64,000 nucleotides of DNA from Thermoanaerobaculia bacterium (lineage in GTDB: Bacteria; Acidobacteriota; Thermoanaerobaculia; Gp7-AA8). The translations under genes were made by a program, and so were the position numbers. This document shows positions 19,505 to 30,524 of the stretch, in pieces. The DNA lies in contig DASYJF010000040.1 of assembly GCA_035996815.1 (NCBI GenBank), positions 41,792 to 105,791 of the forward strand, read 5' to 3'. How positions within the stretch are numbered: the first letter of the stretch is position 1; each line of letters begins with the position of its first letter. Under the pieces are notes generated by a model. It ran no database searches and was not told the DNA's origin. It worked only from the letters and a program-made list of their open reading frames with translations.

Positions 19505-19700
19505 ATTTGTCACTTCAGGAGGACAAACACTCCATCGAAAATGGAACCAAGACGGAGGTCGTCTGTCTTCAAGACGGAGGTCGTCCGTCTCAAGACCGAG
19601 GTCGTCTGTCTTCAAGACGGAGATCGTCTGTCTTCAAGACGGAAGTCGTCTGTCTTCAAGACGGAGGTCGTCTGTCTTCAAGACGGAGCTCGGCTATCTT
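19505..19700 (+). repeat. Leader hairpin plus 7 tandem 22-nt units CAAGACGGAGGTCGTCTGTCTT (candidate multi-hairpin RNA)
   Basis: Units at 19548, 19570, 19591, 19613, 19635, 19657, 19679. Each contains AGACG-GAGGT-CGTCT (5-bp stem, 5-nt loop). Upstream hairpin TTTGTC-ACTTCAGGAG-GACAAA at 19506-19527. Confidence 0.85.
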
Positions 19701-19736
19701 CAACGCGGATCTGACCGCACCAAAGACGGGAAGATC

Positions 19737-21092
19737 CTACCGCTCCTTCTTCATCCCCTTCCGAGCCCGAAGCACCAGATGGACGGGGCATCCCACGAGC
19801 CCCAATCCCTCCCGGAACTGGTTCTCCAGATACCGCTTATACGAAAAGTGCAGCGGCTCGTCGACGTTTGAAAAGAGCGCAATCGTGGTCGGCTGCGTTT
19901 TGAGTTGGGTCGTGTAGTAGAAGCGGCGCGGACGGCCTTTGACCGCCGGAGGCTGGTGGCCGGCGATGGCCTTTTCAAGGATCTGGTTCAGCTCGGACGT
20001 CCCGAAACGTTTGCGGTAGCCGGCCACTATTTTGTCGATGCTCGGGAAAATCTTTTCGACGCGGCGGCCGGTTTTCGCGGAGATGAACTCGACCGGCGCG
20101 TAGGGGAGAAACTTCAGTTTGAAGCGGATCTCTTCTTCGACTTTCTTGTAGTCGTCCTGCTCGTGCGTGGCGGCATCCCACTTATTCACGAGCAGCATGG
20201 CCGCCTTGCCGGCATCTTCGGCGTAGCCGGCGACGGTTGCATCCTGACCGGTCACGCCATCCTCGGCGTCGATCATCACCAGCGCGATTTCGCAACGCTC
20301 GATCGCTTTGCGCGCGGAGATCACCGACAGCTTCTCTGCCTCATCGTGCGTCTTGCCCTTGCGCCGGATTCCGGCGGTGTCGATGATCAGGTACTGCTGC
20401 CCGCCGCGCACGATCTCCATGTCGATGGCGTCGCGCGTGGTGCCGGAGATCGGCGAGACGACGGCGCGCTCTTCCGCGGCCAGACGATTGAGCAGCGATG
20501 ACTTGCCGACGTTCGGCCGTCCGATGATGGCGATGCGAATCGGACCTTTGTCGTCCTCGTCGATCTCCGTCACCGAATCGGCGGGAACGATGTCGCCAAT
20601 GATGTCGAACAGCTCGTCGATCCCTTCGCCATGCTCGGCCGAAAGCGGCAGCATCCGCTCAAATCCCAGCTCGTAGAACTCCGGCACATTCGCCTCGGCA
20701 TCGCGGCGATCGACTTTGTTGACCAGCAGCAGCGTGCGTCCCGCCGCGGGCCGCAGTTCCGTCGCGATGTCGCGATCCTCGGTCAGCACACCCGCGGCGC
20801 CATCGACGACGAAGAGGATGAAGTCGGCCGTGTCGAGCGCGCGCCGGGCCTGGTCGCGAATCTCGCCCGCGAACGCGGACATCGGAGAGTCGCCGTACTC
20901 GAGTCCGCCCGTATCGGTGAGCTCGTAACGGCGGCCGTCGTCGAGCGTGATGATGTCCGACAGGCGGTCGCGCGTCATCCCAGGCATGTCATGCGTGAGC
21001 GCGCGGCGTTTGCCGGCGAGGCGATTGAAAAGCGTCGACTTGCCCACATTCGGGCGTCCGACGATGACGACTTTCTTGAGATTGGTGGCCAT
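19737..21092 (-). CDS. der: Ribosome-associated double-GTPase Der (EngA)
   Basis: Two G domains (GRPNVGKST and GRPNVGKSS) plus a KH-like C-terminus. Confidence 0.92.
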   Translation of the reverse strand: MATNLKKVVIVGRPNVGKSTLFNRLAGKRRALTHDMPGMTRDRLSDIITLDDGRRYELTDTGGLEYGDSPMSAFAGEIRDQARRALDTADFILFVVDGAAGVLTEDRDIATELRPAAGRTLLLVNKVDRRDAEANVPEFYELGFERMLPLSAEHGEGIDELFDIIGDIVPADSVTEIDEDDKGPIRIAIIGRPNVGKSSLLNRLAAEERAVVSPISGTTRDAIDMEIVRGGQQYLIIDTAGIRRKGKTHDEAEKLSVISARKAIERCEIALVMIDAEDGVTGQDATVAGYAEDAGKAAMLLVNKWDAATHEQDDYKKVEEEIRFKLKFLPYAPVEFISAKTGRRVEKIFPSIDKIVAGYRKRFGTSELNQILEKAIAGHQPPAVKGRPRRFYYTTQLKTQPTTIALFSNVDEPLHFSYKRYLENQFREGLGLVGCPVHLVLRARKGMKKER

Positions 21093-21157
21093 GGTTTTTC
21101 GTGCGGTGCAACGCGCGCCGCGAGGCTGCGGGCACGGCGAATGCTACACTGTCGCCC

Positions 21158-21355
21158 ATGGCATCGAACGCTGACTCCACTTGTCGACTGTGTGGTAGCA
21201 GCGTTCCTGACGCCGATCTCAGCCGCCAGCTCTGCCCCGTCTGCGACGAATACGCGCAGCACGTCGCGCTGCAGAGCAATCAAGGCCTCGACCGCGTCGT
21301 CGGCGAATTGCAGAACGGCACCGCGTTCCGGGCCGCGTCGCGCAACGGGCATTAG
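21158..21355 (+). CDS. Small zinc-ribbon-like hypothetical protein (65 aa)
   Basis: CRLC...CPVC pair. No SD. Weak call. Confidence 0.3.
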   Translation: MASNADSTCRLCGSSVPDADLSRQLCPVCDEYAQHVALQSNQGLDRVVGELQNGTAFRAASRNGH

Positions 21356-21398
21356 CGCACCCGACGCCGGAGGCGGCCTTCGCTCGGCTTCGCCGCTG

Positions 21399-22904
21399 TT
21401 AGGGCTTGAACGCCGTCTCGATCTTCGGACCTGTCGCGATGTCGACCAGCGCGTGAATGAGCACCTTCGTCCCCTTCTGCAGATCGGCGATCGGGTTCTT
21501 TTCATCGACGTCGTGGCCGGGGTAGGGCTTGTCGTGGAACCACATGCCGAATGCGATCGAGTTCGGGAGTCTCTTCGCGTACGTTCCGCCGCCGGAGATG
21601 GCGGGTTTCGGATTTCTCGTACCCGTCGCGGCGGCGTAATCGGCGAGCAGTCGCCGAACGATTTTCGAATTCGGATCGAACGCTAACGGCTCGTCGCCGT
21701 AGAAACCGGCCGGCGCGAGCGATGCGCCGGTTCGTTGATTGAACGCGGCCACGAGCTCGTCCATCTTCGTCTTCAGTTGCGGACCGGTGCGCGGCGGCGT
21801 GCGGCGGATGTTGATCGTCATCGTGGAGAGTTTCGGATCGCCGAGGTTTGGTTTGATCGTGGCAATGTTGACGGCGTAGCGGCCCCAAAGCGGGTCGGAG
21901 TCGGTGATGCCGAGGCCGGTGCCGTAGATGTCGGCGCCAGCGATGCGGACGAAGGCAAGGAGATCGTTTGCGCCGCCGGTCGGGAGCAGTCCGTCGAGTG
22001 CGCGCGCGAGCGCTACCAGCGCGTTGCGGCCGCTTTCGAGGTTCACGCCGGCGTGCGACGAATGTCCATACGCGACGATGCGCAGCGTCTCGCCGATCGC
22101 TTGGGTGGCGATGCGCGTGTCCGGCGGCAGCTTCGCCGTTTTCACCGCGTCGATGACCGGCTCCCACTTCGCCGCATCCCCTTTCCACAGCAGCTTTACC
22201 TCGGCGCGATCGGGGACGATGCTCGCCGAGAGTCCCGCCTCGATGAACGACACGCCGTACGATTTCGTGATGCCGGGCCGTTCGGATTTCGCATCGGTCG
22301 TCAATGTCAGTGAGTTCCATGCCTTCTCGCCGACGACGACGGGAAACTCCGAATCGATGACCAGCGTGTAGTCGGGCGGCTGATGCGTCTTCAGATACTC
22401 CGCGACGTCCGTGTTGTTCGATTCCTCGTCGCTGCCGACGAGCAGCCGCACCGTATGCGTCCGCGCGATGCCGCTGTCCGCGAGCGCCTTCATCGCCAGC
22501 AGCGCCTGGACCAGCGGGCCCTTGTCGTCCGCGGAGCCGCGGCCGTAGACGTAGGTTCCATCCGCTTTGCCGCTGAAGGGCGAGAATGACCATGCATCGC
22601 CCTCGGCCGGCTGCACGTCGCCATGAACCATGAGTCCGAGCACCGGCGCATTCGGCGGACCGGGTAACTCGATCTCGCTGATCAACCCAGCGTCGCGATA
22701 GGTGAAGCCGAGGTCACCGGCGGTTTTCGCGAGCCACGCTTTTTGCGCCGCGTGGCCCTCGGTATCGAACTGCGTCGTCGGAAAGCTGATCACCTCGGTG
22801 AGCATCGGGACGAGCTTCTTCGCGTAGTCGCGGTCGTAGATCTTCGTGACCGAGGCGACATTCGTCTGCAGCGTGGCGGCGAGGAGGATTGCGGAGAAAA
22901 CCAT
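21399..22904 (-). CDS. M20-family dipeptidase (exported)
   Basis: HGDVQP, GRGSADDKG, a dimerisation-domain-like middle region. The ATG at 22904 gives the hydrophobic N-terminus MVFSAILLAATLQ. Confidence 0.8.
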   Translation of the reverse strand: MVFSAILLAATLQTNVASVTKIYDRDYAKKLVPMLTEVISFPTTQFDTEGHAAQKAWLAKTAGDLGFTYRDAGLISEIELPGPPNAPVLGLMVHGDVQPAEGDAWSFSPFSGKADGTYVYGRGSADDKGPLVQALLAMKALADSGIARTHTVRLLVGSDEESNNTDVAEYLKTHQPPDYTLVIDSEFPVVVGEKAWNSLTLTTDAKSERPGITKSYGVSFIEAGLSASIVPDRAEVKLLWKGDAAKWEPVIDAVKTAKLPPDTRIATQAIGETLRIVAYGHSSHAGVNLESGRNALVALARALDGLLPTGGANDLLAFVRIAGADIYGTGLGITDSDPLWGRYAVNIATIKPNLGDPKLSTMTINIRRTPPRTGPQLKTKMDELVAAFNQRTGASLAPAGFYGDEPLAFDPNSKIVRRLLADYAAATGTRNPKPAISGGGTYAKRLPNSIAFGMWFHDKPYPGHDVDEKNPIADLQKGTKVLIHALVDIATGPKIETAFKP

Positions 22905-22957
22905 TTCGCGGATTGTCCCGTAAAATGTCCGAAATCGTTCAACTCGGAGAGAGATAG

Positions 22958-23944
22958 ATGAAGACCTTTTTGAAGATCGTTGGCGGAGTTGTGCTGGTTG
23001 TCGTCGCAGTAATCGCGTGCGGAGTGATCTGGCTGATGGCAAGGAAACCGGCGACGCAGCCTGCGTCCGCGGAAAAAGTACAGGTCACGCCGGAGCGCAT
23101 GGTCCGAGGAAAATACATCGTCGAGCATGTTGCGCCGTGTCTCGAATGCCATTCCGACCACGTGCTCAAATTCAGCACGCCGGTGAAGCCAGGAACCGAG
23201 GGACAGGGCGGATTCATCTTCGACAAGAACATCGGATTTCCCGGAGTCGTGGCCGCGCAGAACATCACCTCGGACTCGGAATTCGGGCTCGGGAAGTGGA
23301 CGGACGGCGAGATCATCCGCGCCGTGCGCGAAGGCATCGACAACAAAGGCGAGGCGCTCTTCCCGATGATGCCGTACGAGCACTTCCGCAGCATGAGCGA
23401 CGAAGACGTGAAGTCCGTGGTCGTCTACCTGCGCACGCTGAAGCCGATCCACAGCGGAGTTCCGTCGAAGCACATCGACTTCCCGGTCAACCTGATGATC
23501 AAGTTCGCGCCAAAGCCGGTCGAGGGGGCCGTGAAGTCGCCCGATCCGCACGACAGCGTCGCCTACGGCAAGTACCTGACCACGATCGGCGGCTGCTACG
23601 AATGCCACACGCCGCACGACGATCACAACGCGCTCGTCGCGGACAAGCCGTTCGCCGGCGGTTGGGAAATGAAGGGACCGTGGGGCCGCAATTTCACGGC
23701 AAACCTGACGCCGGCCGGCTCGTACATGTCGCACGCGACGAAGGAAGAGTTCATCGGCCGCTTCAAGGCCTACGCATCGATGGACGCGAACACAGCGCCC
23801 GACGCACCTGTCGGTCACAACACGGTCATGCCGTGGATCGCGTTCGCCGGCATGACGGAAAACGACCTCGGCTCGATCTACGACTACCTGAAGACGGTGA
23901 AGCCGATCGAGAACAAGGTGGTCACGTTTCCCGCCGGGAAGTGA
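22958..23944 (+). CDS. Membrane-anchored di-haem c-type cytochrome
   Basis: N-terminal TM helix. Two CxxCH motifs (CLECH, CYECH). Confidence 0.8.
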   Translation: MKTFLKIVGGVVLVVVAVIACGVIWLMARKPATQPASAEKVQVTPERMVRGKYIVEHVAPCLECHSDHVLKFSTPVKPGTEGQGGFIFDKNIGFPGVVAAQNITSDSEFGLGKWTDGEIIRAVREGIDNKGEALFPMMPYEHFRSMSDEDVKSVVVYLRTLKPIHSGVPSKHIDFPVNLMIKFAPKPVEGAVKSPDPHDSVAYGKYLTTIGGCYECHTPHDDHNALVADKPFAGGWEMKGPWGRNFTANLTPAGSYMSHATKEEFIGRFKAYASMDANTAPDAPVGHNTVMPWIAFAGMTENDLGSIYDYLKTVKPIENKVVTFPAGK

Positions 23945-23948
23945 ATCC

Positions 23949-24036
23949 GGGGGGTGGGGAGTAGGGGGTGGGGAGTGGGAGATGGAACCCGCGCTTCCCA
24001 CAGCGGGCCGTTCTCCTACACCCCACTCCCCACCCC

Positions 24037-24042
<6 letters not shown>
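23949..24042. repeat. G-family heptamer palindrome filling the gap between convergent stops
   Basis: G arm 23949-23981 (GGGGGGTGGGGAGTAGGGGGTGGGGAGTGGGAG). C arm 24015-24042. The TAG of the S9 peptidase (24037-24039) lies inside the C arm. Confidence 0.85.
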
Positions 24043-26151
<2,109 letters not shown>

Positions 26152-26377
26152 TGTAGTTTCGACGTGGCGGGAGGCGGCGTAACCAGGCGGTGACGGGTCG
26201 CGCACGATGTCTTGCGTAACGCGCGCGAAGGCGCGCTTCGACAATGCAGCCCCGCGCTCGGCGCGGGGTTTCGGGAACGGGTGTGGAGTTGTGGCCGCGG
26301 AGGCGGCCACGACAACGTTCCACGAATCTTGTTGCGGCCGCCTCCGCGGCCGCAAACCTGTTTCCACATCCACGTTC

Positions 26378-26397
26378 CCCGGGCAGAGCCCGGGGCT
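26378..26397 (-). terminator. GC hairpin just downstream of the polytopic membrane protein gene
   Basis: CCCCGGGC-AGA-GCCCGGGG, 7 nt after the stop at 26404. Confidence 0.45.
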
Positions 26398-26403
26398 GGA
26401 TTG

Positions 26404-28695
26404 TTAAGCGCGCCTTCGCGCGCGACGAGATTCGCCCACCAGGCTGCCGGCGTTCCGTCGCGCGGCGACGACCAACGCGATCAATGTCAGGACCGAAATC
26501 GCTGCGCCGATCGGGACCACCGGATTGCGATACCGCATCGCGATCGTGTGCGTTCCTGCCGGGACGGCTAATCCCTGATACGCGAGATTGGTCGCAATCA
26601 GCGGTGCGGGATGGCCGTCGATCGTGGCGGACCAGTATCGATGTCCTGTCACGCTGGCAACGAGGAATGCGCGGCCGGCGGAGGTGATGTCGATCGTGGC
26701 GGTATTGGCGGTTTCGCGGACGCGCGTCACGCGCGCGCTCGCGGGCGCGAACGGCTCGGCGGCGATGTACGCCACGGACGGATCGGCGGCGTTCTGCTCG
26801 ACGGCGTAGCGGAATCCGCCGGCATCCGGCGCGCGCTCGAGACGGCCGGCGAATGAGTAGCGTTCGACGCGCGGGACGGGCACAATCTCGACAGGAGCGG
26901 CTTTGCTGCTGTCGGCGGCGATCTGCTGCCGAAGGGCGTCGTCGATCGGACGCAGGCGTACGCGCCAGCCGACGTTCGACATTCGTGCGTAGGGAAGATC
27001 CGCATCCGGAAGATGCGTCGAACGCGCTCCTTTGAAGGCCTGGCGGAAATCGTCCGCGTTCGTCAGCGAGGTGAGGTCGATGTCGTCTTCCATCGCCAGT
27101 GGAAGATCTCGCATCGCCGGCACCTCCGGAAAGGCGCTGTCGCGCATCAGCCACCACAATCCGGGACCAGGCGGAACATCGAATAGCTGATTGACGACCG
27201 GATCGCCTTCCCATCCCTCCCACGCCACTTCGTTGAAGATGCGGTATGGCAGTGACGCGTCGACGGCCGCGAGGACCTGCGGCGGATCGAAGAATTCGCG
27301 TCGCGCGCGCGGAACAGCGTTGAGAGTGCCGTACCAGAGATCGGCTGCGAGGAGTACGACGCCCGCGATCGCAATCGCATTCGAGCGCCTTGTCCGCATC
27401 AGCCACAGCCACGCCGCGACGATCGCGGCGCGGATGCAGTTGATGACGAAGTAACGCCGATCGTCAAAATTGAGAAGCAGCGCGATCGAGATGAGCAGCC
27501 AGACGATCGCCAGGCTGAACGTCCATCGAATGACGCGACGGTCGCCAGCCAGGAGCCGATCGAACACGATCGCGCCCCAGACGGACATCGCGAATGCCGC
27601 GGTGAGGAGGAACTTCTCCGGGAAACGGACGGCGGAGAAGAGTCGCGTGTCGTAGAGGATTCGCAGCAGCGGCGTGTGGTCGCCCATCGCCACGATCACG
27701 CCCGCCGCGGTCGTGCCGAGGAAAAGCCAGCGCCCGCGCACTCCCGCGAAAACGCCGGCGATCGCCAGCAGCACGATGAGGAGGCCGGCGTAAATCTCCG
27801 TCAGATATGCGTCGGCGCGAAATGGATAGATCGTCGTGATCAGCGCGCTCCCATTCGCGGCAGCGACGTGGCGCAGTACGCCAGGCAGAATCAGCTCGAC
27901 CAATCGTACCGGCGGCGTGCTCCAGTTCGCGACGACGCGAAAGTCGAACGTTTTCGTGCGGACGGTGTCGCGGACGAAATCGATGGCCGGCAGCAGTTGC
28001 ACGGCGGCGAGGAGCAAGGACGCCGCGATGGCCATGCCGAGGGCGGCAAGGATCGGTTTCGCTCCATCCGCCCTGCGCAAAATTCGCAGGAGCGAATAAC
28101 CGCCGATGATCGCCCACGTCTGCATCGCCACTGTCGGCTCGCCGAGAATCCACTGCATCGCCAGAACCGCAGCGAGCGGCAGCAGTCGCGCGGCCGTTCG
28201 CGATTCGAAAAAGCGCATCAGCAGCCAGAGCGCGAGCGGCAGCCACGAAATTGAGAAGAGGATCGGCAGCTTCGACGACAGCGAGACGTAGCTTCCACAG
28301 AAAACGAAGGCGATGCTGCCGAAGATCGCCGCGGCGATCGAGATGCCGAGGCGGCGCAGCAGGAGGAACATGCCGGTGATCGCGATGGCGAAGTGCAGCA
28401 GGATGTGAAGCTGCACGCCGAAGTGAAACGGGAGCACGTACACGAGCCACTGCGGCGGATAAAAAAGCTCGTAGGCCGGATTGGCCGCGAGCGGCGCGCC
28501 GCCGGAGTAGAGCGGGTTCCAATACGGAAATTCGCCGCTGCGCACGGCCTCGCGTACGACGTGCTTCATCGGATAGTGATAGACGCCGAGGTCGCTGACG
28601 TAGAAGCCGCGGCCGAGAAGGAGGATGTCGGCGTACGCAATCGCAATCAGCGCGAGCAACAGCGCGATTGCGGTGCGGTCGGTCCGAATCTTCAT
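26404..28695 (-). CDS. Large polytopic membrane protein, YfhO-like / GT-C-type glycosyltransferase (function tentative)
   Basis: More than 10 predicted TM helices followed by a ~250-aa extracytoplasmic C-terminal domain. The ATG at 28695 (MKIRTDRTAIALLLALIAIAY) overlaps the ZIP gene stop (ATGA). Confidence 0.6.
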   Translation of the reverse strand: MKIRTDRTAIALLLALIAIAYADILLLGRGFYVSDLGVYHYPMKHVVREAVRSGEFPYWNPLYSGGAPLAANPAYELFYPPQWLVYVLPFHFGVQLHILLHFAIAITGMFLLLRRLGISIAAAIFGSIAFVFCGSYVSLSSKLPILFSISWLPLALWLLMRFFESRTAARLLPLAAVLAMQWILGEPTVAMQTWAIIGGYSLLRILRRADGAKPILAALGMAIAASLLLAAVQLLPAIDFVRDTVRTKTFDFRVVANWSTPPVRLVELILPGVLRHVAAANGSALITTIYPFRADAYLTEIYAGLLIVLLAIAGVFAGVRGRWLFLGTTAAGVIVAMGDHTPLLRILYDTRLFSAVRFPEKFLLTAAFAMSVWGAIVFDRLLAGDRRVIRWTFSLAIVWLLISIALLLNFDDRRYFVINCIRAAIVAAWLWLMRTRRSNAIAIAGVVLLAADLWYGTLNAVPRARREFFDPPQVLAAVDASLPYRIFNEVAWEGWEGDPVVNQLFDVPPGPGLWWLMRDSAFPEVPAMRDLPLAMEDDIDLTSLTNADDFRQAFKGARSTHLPDADLPYARMSNVGWRVRLRPIDDALRQQIAADSSKAAPVEIVPVPRVERYSFAGRLERAPDAGGFRYAVEQNAADPSVAYIAAEPFAPASARVTRVRETANTATIDITSAGRAFLVASVTGHRYWSATIDGHPAPLIATNLAYQGLAVPAGTHTIAMRYRNPVVPIGAAISVLTLIALVVAARRNAGSLVGESRRARRRA

Positions 28696-29414
28696 ACCTG
28701 CAGCGCGTAGACGAGCAGTCCGGCCATCGCCACGCCGGCGATGGTCGCGGCGATGAGCGCGCCGCGCGTGCGCGCATGCACCTGCGGCAGGAGATCGCTC
28801 GCGCCGAGGTAGAGGAGGAAGCCGGCGAAGAACGAAAGTTGAAACGCGAGCAGCCGCGGCGCGATGTTCAACACGCCCGCGCAAAGCGCGCCGAGGACCG
28901 GCGCGCTGGCGTCGATGGCCAGCAGCGCGCCAGTGCGCCAGCGGCTGTTGCGCGTGGCCAGCATGAAGGTGACGGTGTTCAATCCATCGGCGAAATCGTG
29001 CGCGACGACGGCGAGGAGCACGATCAATCCGACCTGCGTCCCCGCTTTGAATCCGACGCCGATGGCCAGTCCGTCGAGGAAGCTGTGAAACGAGAGTCCG
29101 ATCGCACCGACCAGTCCGACGTTGTGATGATGTCCCGGCGCGTCGTGCTGTTTTTCACCGTGGATGATGGTCAGTTTCTCGAGCAGAAAGATGGCCAGAA
29201 ACCCGGCGATGACGGTGAACATCAGCGACCGGATATCAATCCCATGCTGCTGCGCCAGCGCCGCAACCTCGGGGATCAGATCGAGAAACGCGACGCCGAT
29301 CAGCAGCCCCGAGGAGAAGGCCATGATGTAGAGGAGATAGCGCTGGTAGCGGAAGGCAAACGCCCCGCCGGCCAGGGTCATCGCGAATGCCGCGAGGGCG
29401 TAGAGCGCGCTCAT
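28692..29414 (-). CDS. ZIP-family divalent metal transporter (ZupT-like)
   Basis: HSFLDGLAIG and HDFADG motifs, 8 TM helices, a His-rich loop (GHHHN). Confidence 0.85.
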   Translation of the reverse strand: MSALYALAAFAMTLAGGAFAFRYQRYLLYIMAFSSGLLIGVAFLDLIPEVAALAQQHGIDIRSLMFTVIAGFLAIFLLEKLTIIHGEKQHDAPGHHHNVGLVGAIGLSFHSFLDGLAIGVGFKAGTQVGLIVLLAVVAHDFADGLNTVTFMLATRNSRWRTGALLAIDASAPVLGALCAGVLNIAPRLLAFQLSFFAGFLLYLGASDLLPQVHARTRGALIAATIAGVAMAGLLVYALQV

Positions 29415-29454
29415 GCGGCGGGCAGTCTAACGCGGTGTGTCATTGCGCTGGCTA

Positions 29455-29580
29455 TTAGTGGTCAGTGGTCAGTGGTCAGTCGTGAGGCGCAGTGGTTAGT
29501 GTGACCATCGTTAGTGAGGGACTGGCCATGACGACCGAGGTCGGCTTCTCCAAACCACTGACCACCAGCCACTGACCACC
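29455..29580. repeat. T-family heptamer palindrome (GTGGTCA / TGACCAC) upstream of the ZIP-YfhO-like operon
   Basis: Left arm 29455-29506 (TTAGTGGTCAGTGGTCAGTGGTCAG...). Right arm 29554-29580 (AACCACTGACCACCAGCCACTGACCACC). Confidence 0.8.
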
Positions 29581-29723
29581 CCGGATCATCGTCGACGGCG
29601 ATCACCTGACGTGCAGCGGACGGAGGATCCGAGCGGGACATGGGACGACGGGCTGGAGTGAGAGACGATACATCCAATGAAATGCGATTACACACTGCGT
29701 TTGCGCCTAACGCAAAGCGTGTT

Positions 29724-29966
29724 CTACGCCGCGTAGACGCGCACGAGGAACACTGAGTCGTTCTTCTTCACGGTGGCGATCGACTCCTGGCCGCGAACGG
29801 GCGTGGTCACGCTGACCAGCTCCCACTCGTTCTGCCGCACAAACTCGCCGATCGCGTCATCCGGCGTTCCGGCTTCGATGAACGTCTGCTTGGTCTCTGC
29901 GTCGAACGAAGGGCGATGCGTGTATTCGTTCGTAAGCTGACGGCTCTCGATCGTAAATTGCAACAT
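29724..29966 (-). CDS. Small hypothetical protein (80 aa)
   Basis: The ATG at 29966 is preceded by GGGGAGG. The longer track ORF is implausible. Confidence 0.5.
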   Translation of the reverse strand: MLQFTIESRQLTNEYTHRPSFDAETKQTFIEAGTPDDAIGEFVRQNEWELVSVTTPVRGQESIATVKKNDSVFLVRVYAA

Positions 29967-30173
29967 AGCCTCCCCTGCTTCGTGGTCAACCGCTTCAGAT
30001 TTTTCGTCTGATGAAAAGCAATCCCTTTGCCAGACCGGTGGAGTTCTTGCACGGTGGATTCCGGCCGGCCTACTGTTCACGATCCTCGGAATCGCGATTT
30101 TCGCCGCGTGGCTAGGGGAAGCAGAGCGCCGCGTCGCACTCGGCACAAGTGACGCACTGCGAAAGGAACGACC

Positions 30174-30524
30174 ATGAAACGACTTCTGGTTCTGATTTTG
30201 CTCCTCGCTGCCTGCAAGCGCCCTGAGGCCGCGGCGCCCGTTGTTGGCGATGTCAACCGAGGGAAGCAACTCATCGAGCAGTACGGCTGCAACTCCTGCC
30301 ACATCGTCCCCGGAATCGATGGAGCGAAAGGAATGGTCGGCCCGTCGCTCGAGCACGTCGCATCTCGCCAGATCATCGCCGCCAAGCTCCAGAACTCGCA
30401 GCCGAACATGACGGCGTATATCCAGAATCCACAGATGACGAATCCCGACAACGCGATGCCGAACCTCGGCGTGAAATCGGATCAGGCGCGCGACATCGTT
30501 GCGTATCTCTACACGTTGAAATGA
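30174..30524 (+). CDS. Small c-type cytochrome (lipoprotein-like signal)
   Basis: LLLAAC lipobox-like sequence. Single CNSCH haem motif. Confidence 0.8.
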   Translation: MKRLLVLILLLAACKRPEAAAPVVGDVNRGKQLIEQYGCNSCHIVPGIDGAKGMVGPSLEHVASRQIIAAKLQNSQPNMTAYIQNPQMTNPDNAMPNLGVKSDQARDIVAYLYTLK

